From the sequence record MW812339.1: DNA of 64,000 nt; one strand, 5' to 3'. Shown piece by piece: positions 9,663-19,090 of this stretch. Below the pieces are notes generated by a model. The model worked only from the letters and a program-made list of their open reading frames with translations. It had not been told where the DNA came from and did not search any database. The position numbers were made by a program, and so were the translations under genes. Numbering within the stretch: position 1 is the stretch's first letter; every line of letters starts with the position of its first letter.

Positions 9663-11174
9663 TTACACCTCGTCTTCTTTCAGGATACGGCGGTTTGCGT
9701 AGTACGCGCACCACAGTCCATGATACTCCTTCCCGATGTAAATCAGCGCATAGCGGATGTAATACTTCTCAGGACGCTCTACAGCGATGTAGAAGCGACC
9801 TTCCGGCTCTTTAATGCGGTTCAGTTCAGTGCGAGATGGAACGTCAATACCACGCGTCAGAATCACGGGAATCTTCCCAGGCCCGTTCGGGTACTCAATG
9901 CGTAGGTTAATTGAACGGTCAACGTTACGGTAGTATTCTTTTACCGGCTTACCTTTTTCGTCGAACAGTAAGTCAGTGATATCGTTCATCACCAAACGTT
10001 TTTCCTGATTCAACGCATCGCGTAACCAGTTACCCAGCTCTTCGCGAATGTCGAGCGCACGATAAGACAGCAAAGGTGGCCGCAACATTCTCGAGATAGC
10101 CAAGTCTTCGAAGAACCACACGTTACGGTCTTCGCTGAAATGCATCCGGGCAACCGGGATACCGTCCTTCGCACTATCGGCGAACTTCTTACGCTTCACG
10201 AATTCGTTGTTCACCACCGCAATCGGATCGTAACGACGCATTCTCGGCGTATCGTTCCATGCTTCCACCGCATGACTGTTTACAATGGTGTAGATGTTGT
10301 CCCATGGTTTCTCGGTAAACATCACAGAGAAGTGAGCATCTGGAATCATCTTACCGATGAACACCAAGTCGTCTTTGTTCTTTGCGTGGTTGCCACCGAA
10401 CATGACGTGATACGATTTATCACCGACATCACACTGTGGAGGAGTTTCACCTACCATCGGATAGCAATACTTTACGGTACACACAGCAGAGTAGGCTGAA
10501 ATGTCCTCACCCGTTCCGATGTGTTCCGCTACGGGTTCTTCCGGCAACTCGTCCTGCGACCAGTACGGTTTGTACATAATTCCGTCGTTGGTGGCAGAGA
10601 TGGATGAACCCTTACGAGCCAGCTCATCCGCCCGGTCATTACCATAACGGCCAGAGTGACCTTTAATCTTGAGCAGACGAACACCGCGACCTTCTTTCTT
10701 CAGACGCATCTTAACAGCCCACATCCGTTGAATCAGTTCAGTGTTCGCAATAGGCGTACCGTCCGCACGACGCCAACCGTTCTTCGCCCAACCGTCAATC
10801 CAGTCGTTGAACGTGTTGACAACGTATGAAGCATCGACAAAGATGATGTAGTTCTTCGCAACGAACGGCGCATCTTCAAACAGGGTAAGGAAGGCAACTA
10901 ACTCACCCACGTCTGAATAGAATTCTTTTGGTACAGGAATGACTGCGTCGACGAACTGAACGGTATCCGGTACGTCTGGACACTTAATGTCTTTCGGTAC
11001 CTGCTTGTAACCCCCTGTCGTGATTCTCTCCGGGATACTCGGATGCAGATACGCCTGCTCTTCCTCGATATCCCCTTTATTAAACAGATAGCCATGAATC
11101 CCTGCCCCCGAACCTAAGGGGGCAGTGGTGTGGCTACCGTCTGTGTAGATTACCGCTACGTCGACGTCTTTCAT
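9663..11174 (-). CDS. rnhA: Ribonuclease HI with long C-terminal extension
   Basis: YTDGS, ELVAF, VDASYV, W..NGW...DG.PIAN.EL, KGHSG.YGN.RAD.LA motifs; start at 11174 (TAATG overlap with upstream gene). Confidence 0.9.
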   Translation of the reverse strand: MKDVDVAVIYTDGSHTTAPLGSGAGIHGYLFNKGDIEEEQAYLHPSIPERITTGGYKQVPKDIKCPDVPDTVQFVDAVIPVPKEFYSDVGELVAFLTLFEDAPFVAKNYIIFVDASYVVNTFNDWIDGWAKNGWRRADGTPIANTELIQRMWAVKMRLKKEGRGVRLLKIKGHSGRYGNDRADELARKGSSISATNDGIMYKPYWSQDELPEEPVAEHIGTGEDISAYSAVCTVKYCYPMVGETPPQCDVGDKSYHVMFGGNHAKNKDDLVFIGKMIPDAHFSVMFTEKPWDNIYTIVNSHAVEAWNDTPRMRRYDPIAVVNNEFVKRKKFADSAKDGIPVARMHFSEDRNVWFFEDLAISRMLRPPLLSYRALDIREELGNWLRDALNQEKRLVMNDITDLLFDEKGKPVKEYYRNVDRSINLRIEYPNGPGKIPVILTRGIDVPSRTELNRIKEPEGRFYIAVERPEKYYIRYALIYIGKEYHGLWCAYYANRRILKEDEV

Positions 11175-11893
11175 TATTCTCCTCGCAATTGCGGTGCAAT
11201 ATATTCCCCGGTACACATTTCCTGATGCGCAGCGATCATGCGCTCGAAGCCGTAAGTACGGCCGACCAGTGCCAAATGATAGAGGCGAGCTGTAGAATAC
11301 GCTTCTTTAGCCGCGTCGAAGTTGGCGTGGTGTTCGTACGCATCTTTACCGTGCGTCCAGTTCGGGGCTTCGACTTGCCAGTTTGGCTCCATACCAAACG
11401 CGGCAGCTAAGCGCTCGATGGTACGGTCGGAATCCAGAATGGAGAACTTGCGGTATTTGCCCGGCGGAACGTTACATTGAGCAAAGGCGTTCATCAGAAT
11501 AGGATGGTCGAATTCAGGACCACGGCAGGTGATAACCATCTTGACATCACCCAAATCGTCCAGGAACTTCTTCATCGCCCACAACGCTTCCGGTAATGGC
11601 GTTGTGCCGGAATACGCTTCGATGCGTGCGGCTTCACTTGGTGCGTAGTCTGGGTTGTCTTTCCCTTCCCAGTAGCCCACGGTTTTAGGATCGATGTAGA
11701 AGACTTCTTTTGCCTTTTCATCATTCGGGTTGACTTTCTGATAGCAGGAGCCAATCATCTTCATTGTTGGCACGTCAAACGCAACGTTAGCCATGGTGAG
11801 AATAAAAGCGTCGCTGCGTAAAGCCAGTGTTTCTAAATCAGTCCCGACAACTACCGAGGGAATGAAAGGAATATACGGTTTTGGATAGACCAT
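11174..11893 (-). CDS. DEDDh 3'-5' exonuclease (RNase T / Rv2179c-like)
   Basis: TDLET (ExoI), RGPEFDHPIL (ExoII), DSDRT, HHANFDA (ExoIII). Confidence 0.8.
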   Translation of the reverse strand: MVYPKPYIPFIPSVVVGTDLETLALRSDAFILTMANVAFDVPTMKMIGSCYQKVNPNDEKAKEVFYIDPKTVGYWEGKDNPDYAPSEAARIEAYSGTTPLPEALWAMKKFLDDLGDVKMVITCRGPEFDHPILMNAFAQCNVPPGKYRKFSILDSDRTIERLAAAFGMEPNWQVEAPNWTHGKDAYEHHANFDAAKEAYSTARLYHLALVGRTYGFERMIAAHQEMCTGEYIAPQLRGE

Positions 11894-11940
11894 GGTTTAA
11901 TTCTCCAGGAGACATTATATCACAGGATTGAGTGTTAACG

Positions 11941-11980
11941 TAAAAAAGGAAATTCCCTCACACCCGAAGATGTGAGGGAA
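11941..11980 (-). terminator. Intrinsic terminator
   Basis: 10-bp stem TTCCCTCACA/TGTGAGGGAA followed by TTTCCTTTTTT on minus strand. Confidence 0.7.
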
Positions 11981-11987
11981 AATCTAA

Positions 11988-12461
11988 CTATATTAGACAA
12001 CTACGTTTATGTGCTTCATACGCACGATCAAAAGATGCGTGGTCTTCACGGTAGTTGCGAATGAGCGTGGTGATTTGCCGGGACAAGTCACGACTGATGT
12101 CTTTCGCACTACGCGAACCGGGGTCCAGTGTAATCCGGTCGGGAATTACGTGGAACTCGGGAAGGATAAACTCTTCACAGAGTGGAGCCGTCATGGGAAC
12201 TCGCCATCCTTTGGCAACAGCATAGTTGTTGATGGACTTCGCATAAAGGTACACGTAATACGCATACGCATTAACATCAGCGACGTACATCTTGGATGAC
12301 AGAACGGTGCCCGACGCGTGACTGCTCGCATTGAAACGCGGGGGCTCTTCTAGAGGACGAAAAGGCCATTCCTCTGTAGTTGTGGCTGATACTGGGTTTG
12401 GTCGCTGAAAACCGCTACAGCCAACCAGCAACAGTAACGCAACTACCAAAAGTACCCTCAT
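11988..12461 (-). CDS. Lipoprotein, candidate o-spanin
   Basis: Hydrophobic leader with lipobox LLVG-C; Pro-rich mature region; follows TM coiled-coil gene. Confidence 0.6.
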   Translation of the reverse strand: MRVLLVVALLLLVGCSGFQRPNPVSATTTEEWPFRPLEEPPRFNASSHASGTVLSSKMYVADVNAYAYYVYLYAKSINNYAVAKGWRVPMTAPLCEEFILPEFHVIPDRITLDPGSRSAKDISRDLSRQITTLIRNYREDHASFDRAYEAHKRSCLI

Positions 12462-12470
12462 GATTGCTCC

Positions 12471-12995
12471 TTACGGGTTAGTGAGCGTCTTGATTATCTC
12501 TTGACGGAAGTCATTAGAATCCTGCGTCCCGACCGGGCGAGTAGCAGCTTGCTGCTTCTTCGCAGGAGGACTAGACGGATGGACCGGAGTCGGCGCTTCG
12601 ACCGGCTTGGAATCCACTGCATCAGCCCCAGACTCTGGTGCAGGTGGTTTCTTCGTCTCATGGTTTTCGACACCTTCATATGGCGGCCGAGAACCCAGGC
12701 AGGTGAAGAGTCGGTCGTAGAGCTTCGCGTTTTCATCACTAAGCTTATCCGCCTTCTCTTTCAGTTCCTTATAGGACAGGTCCATGTACTGGTCGTGCGA
12801 CTGTGTGCTTATTAACGCATGGTATTGAACAACATAGGCATATGAGACAAACAACGAGAAGGCGACCAATGCCACTATCACTAGTGTCATTATCTTCCCG
12901 GCTCGAGTGATTTTCTCTCCCTCGCCTGGCTTAAATGCTTCCCACAGCATCTGCAAGAAAGGAAGCAGTTTGATAATCGATGCTATCATGCTCAC
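12471..12995 (-). CDS. Membrane-anchored protein, candidate i-spanin
   Basis: TM helix IMTLVIVALVAFSLFVSYAYVV, coiled coil, one Cys, Pro-rich tail. Confidence 0.5.
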   Translation of the reverse strand: MSMIASIIKLLPFLQMLWEAFKPGEGEKITRAGKIMTLVIVALVAFSLFVSYAYVVQYHALISTQSHDQYMDLSYKELKEKADKLSDENAKLYDRLFTCLGSRPPYEGVENHETKKPPAPESGADAVDSKPVEAPTPVHPSSPPAKKQQAATRPVGTQDSNDFRQEIIKTLTNP

Positions 12996-13013
12996 CTCGG
13001 AGAGTTTTTAATT

Positions 13014-14393
13014 ATGTATGATTTACAAGGCTTTATTCAAATAGCGGCTCTGATTGATAATGGCCCTGGCAACACCGCTCCGGTAGGTGAGTTGTCTGAG
13101 CTGTCGTATTCGTTTGCAAAAAGCAAGCAGTATTTTACTAAACAAAACCTGCAGGTGGAACTGGTTGCTTTTACGTCTAAACGTGACGATGTGGCTATCA
13201 AGGCCCCGGCCGTATTTACCGACCACGTTCTCACTGTGTCCCAGTGGATTTACCAACAGGCAATCCTGGGCAATTTAAGAAACGACGAAGTTGAATTCCA
13301 GCGTTTGCTGTTAGGGCAGTTCAATAGCGTCATCAGCGGAGTTCAGTCTGGTGCGATGATCCAGACGAACAGCAACTGGTTCCCACGTTGGGTCAGTTGG
13401 ACGTTAGAAACGACAGCAGATAAAGTCGAAGACCCATCTGATGTAACGAACCAGATTATTCTCTGGTTTGCTGATGAGGATTTCAATCAAGACTATACCG
13501 GCTTCGAAATTGAAGTTCAGATGCCGATATTGCCGGTTGATACATTTTTGGCTGTGAAATCAGTAGTCGAACAGGCAATGGAAGGTTTCAACCTGCCGGA
13601 TCACCATAATAAGATTAATGAGTTGGCTGACGGTTACCCGTACACCAATCTCATTACAAACATCTACACGTGGCACGATCAAGAAGATTATGATTCGACG
13701 CTGCAGATTCCGATGTCTGTTATCATTTATGGTCGAGCAGGACGCAACCCCAGCCGAATTAAACAAGCGTTACGCGATTACATTTTGGCAAACTCCAGTT
13801 TTACTGTGGCGTTGGGTGTCAAAGTGTTCCCAGAAATCTTCACAACCACCAAGTTTACTATCGTACCTGGTTGGTCTATTCGGGGAATACCGAATGAGGA
13901 AGATATCGCGGCGCTATATTCGCCGATTCTCCCATATGATTTCTGGGTCAAGGCAATCAGTCGCTTCGGCGAATGGACTGTCCAAACAATCGCCGAGAAA
14001 AATAGTGGGGCAATCTCGATGCCTACCACGGATGTTACCGATTTGCCGTCAATTTACAAATCGCTTAACGCTGTGGTTATCGCTGGACCTGAAAACGACA
14101 ACCGTAAGACCACACTGCACGACACTATCCCGGACTATGCACTGATTGGTACCACCAACGCAGACATTGCCCGCATGTCGAAAAACACCACCGACTGGTT
14201 AGACTTGTTCTTCCAGGCTTTGGTTGCGGCCGAAGAGTATCACCCACACTCCACGCCACTGGACATCGTGAAGCTGGTAGATGACACCGACCCGAACATC
14301 TATTTCTGGGTGTTTGAATTCGATAACGTCGAATACCGCATCCTGTCCCGCAAAGCAGTCTGGGATGTTCCAGCTACCGGTGAAACCGCCTAA
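13014..14393 (+). CDS. Probable virion structural protein
   Basis: 459-aa plus-strand ORF; position matches phiKZ-like structural genes between RNase H and SbcC (synteny inference). Confidence 0.6.
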   Translation: MYDLQGFIQIAALIDNGPGNTAPVGELSELSYSFAKSKQYFTKQNLQVELVAFTSKRDDVAIKAPAVFTDHVLTVSQWIYQQAILGNLRNDEVEFQRLLLGQFNSVISGVQSGAMIQTNSNWFPRWVSWTLETTADKVEDPSDVTNQIILWFADEDFNQDYTGFEIEVQMPILPVDTFLAVKSVVEQAMEGFNLPDHHNKINELADGYPYTNLITNIYTWHDQEDYDSTLQIPMSVIIYGRAGRNPSRIKQALRDYILANSSFTVALGVKVFPEIFTTTKFTIVPGWSIRGIPNEEDIAALYSPILPYDFWVKAISRFGEWTVQTIAEKNSGAISMPTTDVTDLPSIYKSLNAVVIAGPENDNRKTTLHDTIPDYALIGTTNADIARMSKNTTDWLDLFFQALVAAEEYHPHSTPLDIVKLVDDTDPNIYFWVFEFDNVEYRILSRKAVWDVPATGETA

Positions 14394-14403
14394 GGAGGCT
14401 TAG

Positions 14404-15027
14404 ATGGCACAGCTGTTGCCAAACACGCCTCAGGTAAACCTTGAGGGTTTGTTCAAGGTTCGTGCGCCTTATACCGTTTCTGACTCGGTTATCTACGTTG
14501 TCGATGCAGTACGTAACTTCGTCGACTTGCAACGCCAGAAGAAAGACGTATTCAACGAGTATTATAATCCCGTCGGATTAACTCGTGACGTTTACGTAGG
14601 CGATGCAAACGTAGGGGCGTCTATTATAACCCTGAAGTCTCGCGACGGTCAAGTCATTTACATTCCGGATACGTATATCGAATCCTATCCGGGATTAAAC
14701 GGCCTGAACTATAAACGAAACGTCGTGGTTATCGACCTTGCTTTGATACCAGAGTATGTTGATGTTTCACTGCTGACGAATGACCTGAAAAGCGTGTTAA
14801 CGCGTGGACTGGGGATTGATGCGCAGGTGGACATTACTTCCATGGACTACGAGGGAACGGTGACGGATGAGGAACATCTGCAAATGGAAGCGGCGCGTAA
14901 AGCCAAAATCCGTGAAGCAATTCCTCTCTCGGAACAGGTGGCGACGTTGACTGCCCAGAATCAGGAGTTACAAACTCTGAATGACCAGATGTTGCTGATT
15001 CTGAAAGACAACGGATTAACAAATTAA
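14404..15027 (+). CDS. Probable virion structural protein
   Basis: 207 aa, AAGGAGG RBS, C-terminal coiled coil. Confidence 0.6.
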   Translation: MAQLLPNTPQVNLEGLFKVRAPYTVSDSVIYVVDAVRNFVDLQRQKKDVFNEYYNPVGLTRDVYVGDANVGASIITLKSRDGQVIYIPDTYIESYPGLNGLNYKRNVVVIDLALIPEYVDVSLLTNDLKSVLTRGLGIDAQVDITSMDYEGTVTDEEHLQMEAARKAKIREAIPLSEQVATLTAQNQELQTLNDQMLLILKDNGLTN

Positions 15028-15080
15028 AGAAAAAAAGAACTACCTACTCCCTAGGGAGTAGGTAGGCTTTTATTTATTTT
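15028..15080. terminator. Bidirectional intrinsic terminator
   Basis: Perfect palindrome CTACCTACTCCCTAGGGAGTAGGTAG (15040..15065) with A/T tracts between convergent genes. Confidence 0.85.
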
Positions 15081-16024
15081 TCTACGACGGTATGGTGCGC
15101 GATAATCTTTCTGATGTTCGCAGCAGTACGCTTAGACTTGGCCAATGCTTTCACATCAGCTGCCATTGCATCGAAGTTCAGCGCTTTGAGCAGCTTAGCG
15201 TTGATTTCCATCTGCTCTTCGTCGACTTCAACTTCGACTGTGTCGTTCTCAACGACAATCAGACGCTCCAGCAGTTTGGCAACGGATACCGGCGTTACTT
15301 CGGAAGGCACTTTGATACCCAGCACTTCGAAGATAGCGTCGTCTACGAAGGTGCTTTCGCAATCGCGCAGCGTTTCCAGGATCATGTTACCAACAGCAGT
15401 TTCACCTGCATCATCCGGATCTTCGCTGATTGGACCATCGTCAGTTTCGCCTTCATCTTCGTGATTCGCCTCGCAGCGAACGAACTCGATGTTCAGCGGA
15501 CAGACGTTGCCGAAGATAACAGCCGCGGCTGCCCAATTTAGAATTTCCCAGGTAACGATGTCGTTGCCGATGTGAACGTGGCCAACGCGGGTACGTGCCT
15601 GTTCAATGGTAACTTCTTTAATCAATTCACCTGCTTCAAAGAAATGAATGTCTGCGTGCGCCAGGGCATACAGTTTACCGTCTTCACCGGTAGCCACAAT
15701 CATCCAGTTATCACGCTGCGGCATTGGGAAGTTTAAGAGGCCGAAACTGAACTGATTAGACACGGTGAGCGCAGGAAGATTTTCAAACTGGAAAACGTTC
15801 TTCCCGGTGCACAGGCGGTGGTAGTTATACGGAAGTGGCATGAAGTTTTCAACCGCGAAACGATTGAGGATATTGAACGTTTCTTCGGAGATAAGGAAGT
15901 TGCCGAGGACATGTTGTGCCATCAACGCTTCGCTATAAGCGGAGATGCCTTCGTACGCTTCCGCGTAGTCACGGCCACGGAGAGTTTTTGCCAGTTCATG
16001 TAAAACAGTAATTGGGAATTGCAT
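15074..16024 (-). CDS. Hypothetical protein with acidic linker
   Basis: 316-aa ORF, HEDEGETDDGPISEDPDD segment. Confidence 0.8.
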   Translation of the reverse strand: MQFPITVLHELAKTLRGRDYAEAYEGISAYSEALMAQHVLGNFLISEETFNILNRFAVENFMPLPYNYHRLCTGKNVFQFENLPALTVSNQFSFGLLNFPMPQRDNWMIVATGEDGKLYALAHADIHFFEAGELIKEVTIEQARTRVGHVHIGNDIVTWEILNWAAAAVIFGNVCPLNIEFVRCEANHEDEGETDDGPISEDPDDAGETAVGNMILETLRDCESTFVDDAIFEVLGIKVPSEVTPVSVAKLLERLIVVENDTVEVEVDEEQMEINAKLLKALNFDAMAADVKALAKSKRTAANIRKIIAHHTVVEK

Positions 16025-16082
16025 GGTAAATAATCCTTTAAGTAATGGTGGTATTCAGATTAAAACACGGTAATGTAAAAAA

Positions 16083-16349
16083 CTACTTGTGATGGAAAAC
16101 ATGCCAACTGCTGCGCCACTTCCAGAAGACACCCCACAGAGTTTTCATCCTCAGAGTCCAGAACCAGCACCAGATACAGATAAACAGCTGTGCCCATGGC
16201 ATGGTCATACCCAGTATTTCAGCACCCATCCAACCCGTCAACATCGTGACGATGATAAAGATGCCGGCGTAGTAAGTGTGAAGCTGACCAGCACAGCGTT
16301 TTTCGAACCAGTAGAGTACAGTAATAAGTTTCTTCATAGAGGGTTCCAC
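16083..16349 (-). CDS. Small membrane protein
   Basis: 88 aa, two hydrophobic Trp-rich segments. Confidence 0.6.
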   Translation of the reverse strand: MEPSMKKLITVLYWFEKRCAGQLHTYYAGIFIIVTMLTGWMGAEILGMTMPWAQLFICIWCWFWTLRMKTLWGVFWKWRSSWHVFHHK

Positions 16350-16822
16350 GCACGCCTAATGATGTGGTTTTCAATAGGATGCCGACGGATGTATTTTTTA
16401 GCCTCTTTCGGAACCCAGTAATCGCTGGTACGCTGTTCCTGAATGTAGATGGTTGCCAGCAACGCGTATGTGAAGTCGGGATGGTCAGCCTTGCGAATTG
16501 AGCGGGCAATAGAAACCAGCTGTTCGAACGTTTGTTCCTTAGGCTTCTCTCTCAGGAGGCTATCGGCTTGATTGCGCATGGAGACCAGTTCCGCACCTGA
16601 CAAATGACAACGGTCATACCAGGTATCTTTAGCATCCGAAGCATAAAGAGCCGAGATACACGGAGCGAGCATTAACGAGAACAACCCAGCCGCAATGCTT
16701 TTCGACGGATCTCCAGTGTATAACTGCACCGCGGTCGCTATCCAGACAACCGGCAACAATAACCAGAGAAAAAGCCAGGTGCCCGGTGTTTCCATTCGAT
16801 GTTGTTTGCTTAAGAAATACAT
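16334..16822 (-). CDS. Membrane protein
   Basis: 162 aa, two N-terminal TM segments. Confidence 0.7.
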   Translation of the reverse strand: MYFLSKQHRMETPGTWLFLWLLLPVVWIATAVQLYTGDPSKSIAAGLFSLMLAPCISALYASDAKDTWYDRCHLSGAELVSMRNQADSLLREKPKEQTFEQLVSIARSIRKADHPDFTYALLATIYIQEQRTSDYWVPKEAKKYIRRHPIENHIIRRAWNPL

Positions 16823-16839
16823 AGTCGATTACCCCAATT

Positions 16840-16873
16840 AAAATAAGAAAGTACCAGGCCCGAAGGCCTGGTA
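16840..16873 (-). terminator. Intrinsic terminator
   Basis: TACCAGGCC-TTCG-GGCCTGGTA followed by CTTTCTTATTTT on minus strand. Confidence 0.8.
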
Positions 16874-16877
16874 AACT

Positions 16878-17456
16878 TTACGCGTCAAGCAGAGGTTGAT
16901 TTGGCACAACCGCGTACTCGAGCACGAACATGTGTTCTGGTGCATCTTCCGCCCGCCAGAGCTTGTGGCAAACAGCCAGTTTCTCTAACACGGTCAACCA
17001 GGACAGCTGGCAATAGGCACGTTCGCCGAAGAACATGTTCTGCAGTTCTACGGATGCGGCCATGTAGCCTTCTTTGAACGTCAGCTCTGGGTTATACGCC
17101 GCGGACTGACGCCAAGTTAATACATTACCCGCTTCTGTTTCGTCGATATGCGGACGCAGTCCACAAATCCAAAGCATCGCCAGGTTGATGTTCCAGTCGA
17201 ATTCAATGCCTTCGTCTTCATCATCACCGAACGCTGCTTTCAACGCGTCGTAGAATTCGTGGTTTTCAGCAAACCATTCTTCGTAATCAACATACGTTGG
17301 CTTCTCCGGATTTTCAACGCCTTCAGGCATTTCAACATAAGCCGGATTAGTCTGAAGCTGTTCACGCCCAGCACGAACCAATTCGTACACGTCGGTAGCG
17401 GTGATTTGTGCAGCTTTCTTCAGACCGGGATACCAGGAACGAGTTACTAAAGTCAA
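16878..17456 (-). CDS. Hypothetical acidic protein
   Basis: 192-aa ORF overlapping SLT stop. Confidence 0.75.
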   Translation of the reverse strand: MTLVTRSWYPGLKKAAQITATDVYELVRAGREQLQTNPAYVEMPEGVENPEKPTYVDYEEWFAENHEFYDALKAAFGDDEDEGIEFDWNINLAMLWICGLRPHIDETEAGNVLTWRQSAAYNPELTFKEGYMAASVELQNMFFGERAYCQLSWLTVLEKLAVCHKLWRAEDAPEHMFVLEYAVVPNQPLLDA

Positions 17457-18181
17457 AGTGGTACTCCTTTAGAGATAGTATTGTTCGCCAACATCGTGGA
17501 GTTGGCAGCAGGTGTTATAGTGGTGTACAGCGTGGCCCAGATTTTCTGGAGTTCGACGACTCGCTCGTCTTGCTCGATCTTCGCAAAAGCAAGCTGATGA
17601 GGCTTTTCTGGTTTCGGGACAGGAGCAACTTTGGCTCCGTAGAAGGCGGCATCTTTACGGTAGCTGGCCATCCAGCGTTTACCCACGGATGATTTGTTCT
17701 TAATCATTGCCGTTGCTGCACCTTCACCGAAACGATATCCGAGAGCAATCTCGGCGTTATTCGGCTTGCGTTTGAGTTGTTTGGTCAGGTGGTCCTCGAT
17801 GTGACGCATATATGCCGCTGCCAGCGGGACTGCGTAGCGTGGATTGTTAAGGTTCGCATTCTTGGGAATCCCTAACTCCGGGCCGTATGTGCGCAACAGG
17901 AAGCGCTTTGTACCGGCCGTCATTTGCACAACGCTGTGGGCGCTGCTGCGTTTATTTTTGCCTACGTTTTTGTTGAAGCGCGATTCCCTGTAGATAGTGG
18001 TCGCCAACATACCGGCATGAACACCTTGCTTTTGCGAGGCGTTAACGATGAGGGGTTTGATTTCCTCGAAACGATCTTTAATCAGAGCAAATTCTTTCTG
18101 ATGGTTACTGGTTGTCTGGATTGATGCGTGTACGTTGAACGTGGCCACTGCTACCAGCAATAATAAAAAAGTGCGGAACAT
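17453..18181 (-). CDS. Lytic transglycosylase (SLT family) with signal peptide
   Basis: Catalytic IYRESRFN, VVQMTAGT, AAYM, LGYRFGEG motifs; leader MFRTFLLLLVAVATFNVHA. Confidence 0.8.
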   Translation of the reverse strand: MFRTFLLLLVAVATFNVHASIQTTSNHQKEFALIKDRFEEIKPLIVNASQKQGVHAGMLATTIYRESRFNKNVGKNKRSSAHSVVQMTAGTKRFLLRTYGPELGIPKNANLNNPRYAVPLAAAYMRHIEDHLTKQLKRKPNNAEIALGYRFGEGAATAMIKNKSSVGKRWMASYRKDAAFYGAKVAPVPKPEKPHQLAFAKIEQDERVVELQKIWATLYTTITPAANSTMLANNTISKGVPL

Positions 18182-18282
18182 GGAAGTGTCTCCAATATTG
18201 AATTTATACTTTTCCGTTCCCGAACTGGGATTACGGCGCGGACAGCTATGTGCTCCTATGTTAAGTGCCCTAATGATAAAAT

Positions 18283-18789
18283 CTATTTGTGATGATTTGG
18301 AATAACCTTTACGGCTTCCCGTAGCAGCTCTGCTGGTAGGTAGAATCGATAGTTCTTCTCCGATGCGTGTAGTCTGTTGCGCAAGTGCGCGAAAATGTCA
18401 ATGCGTTCATGATAGCGTAACCAACCGTTCGCCATCCCCAAGGGAGGTAAAGCAATATCCCCTTCTAAGTCTTCTCCCAGTCTTGCCAGGGCATCAATGC
18501 CGGACGTGACATAGTAAATTTGAGATTTATACTTAAAGTGGGTCTTGGTAGGCAGTAGAATCACACCTTCGTCAATATAAGGGTAGACTTCGCCGATGAT
18601 AATCTCTTCACGACGACAACGTCGGCGATAGTCTTCATAGAGCGCTGGGAAGCGCTCCTTGCAGGCGAGAGCGATACCCCTTCCCATCGCCCCCACACAG
18701 TTTACCGTAACGACCTTGAAGCGCTCAGGCGCATTAAACAGGTCGTGGGAGATAACGGCCTCGTCTATCAGTTCGAGTGACATCGACAT
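18283..18789 (-). CDS. Macrodomain ADP-ribose glycohydrolase, DarG/Poa1p-like
   Basis: TVNCVGAMGRGIALACKERFP, LPTKTHF, IALPPLGMANGWL; start 18789 or 18783 with GGAG RBS. Confidence 0.85.
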   Translation of the reverse strand: MSMSLELIDEAVISHDLFNAPERFKVVTVNCVGAMGRGIALACKERFPALYEDYRRRCRREEIIIGEVYPYIDEGVILLPTKTHFKYKSQIYYVTSGIDALARLGEDLEGDIALPPLGMANGWLRYHERIDIFAHLRNRLHASEKNYRFYLPAELLREAVKVIPNHHK

Positions 18790-19090
18790 TCTTCTCCACA
18801 AGACACGCCCATTCGGAATGACATATTTCTTCGATTTGCTGGGCAATGCGTTTGTACATTATTTCACGAAACGGCGAGGTCACCTCAGATCCCGGATGGA
18901 GGTATTCGGGTTCTGTTAGTGGGTAAGCGGGGTAGCCGCAGGCCATACGTACGCAGATATGTATCGCTTTCTTGCGATTCCACGTACGCGGCATTTCAAC
19001 AAACCCACCTTTCAATTTCAAGTACGCCTGGTTGTTAGGAACCAACTTCATCAGCTCCTTACCGTCTGTCTGGTAACCAATGTCTGCCAT
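18734..19090 (-). CDS. Hypothetical protein
   Basis: Start MADIGYQ by TAATG coupling to upstream gene. Confidence 0.6.
   Translation of the reverse strand: MADIGYQTDGKELMKLVPNNQAYLKLKGGFVEMPRTWNRKKAIHICVRMACGYPAYPLTEPEYLHPGSEVTSPFREIMYKRIAQQIEEICHSEWACLVEKNVDVTRTDRRGRYLPRPV

Noticed and set aside
18185-18282. Intergenic hairpins upstream of the SLT gene as a possible tRNA or riboswitch
   Set aside because: No cloverleaf, T-loop consensus or recognisable aptamer; only short stems.
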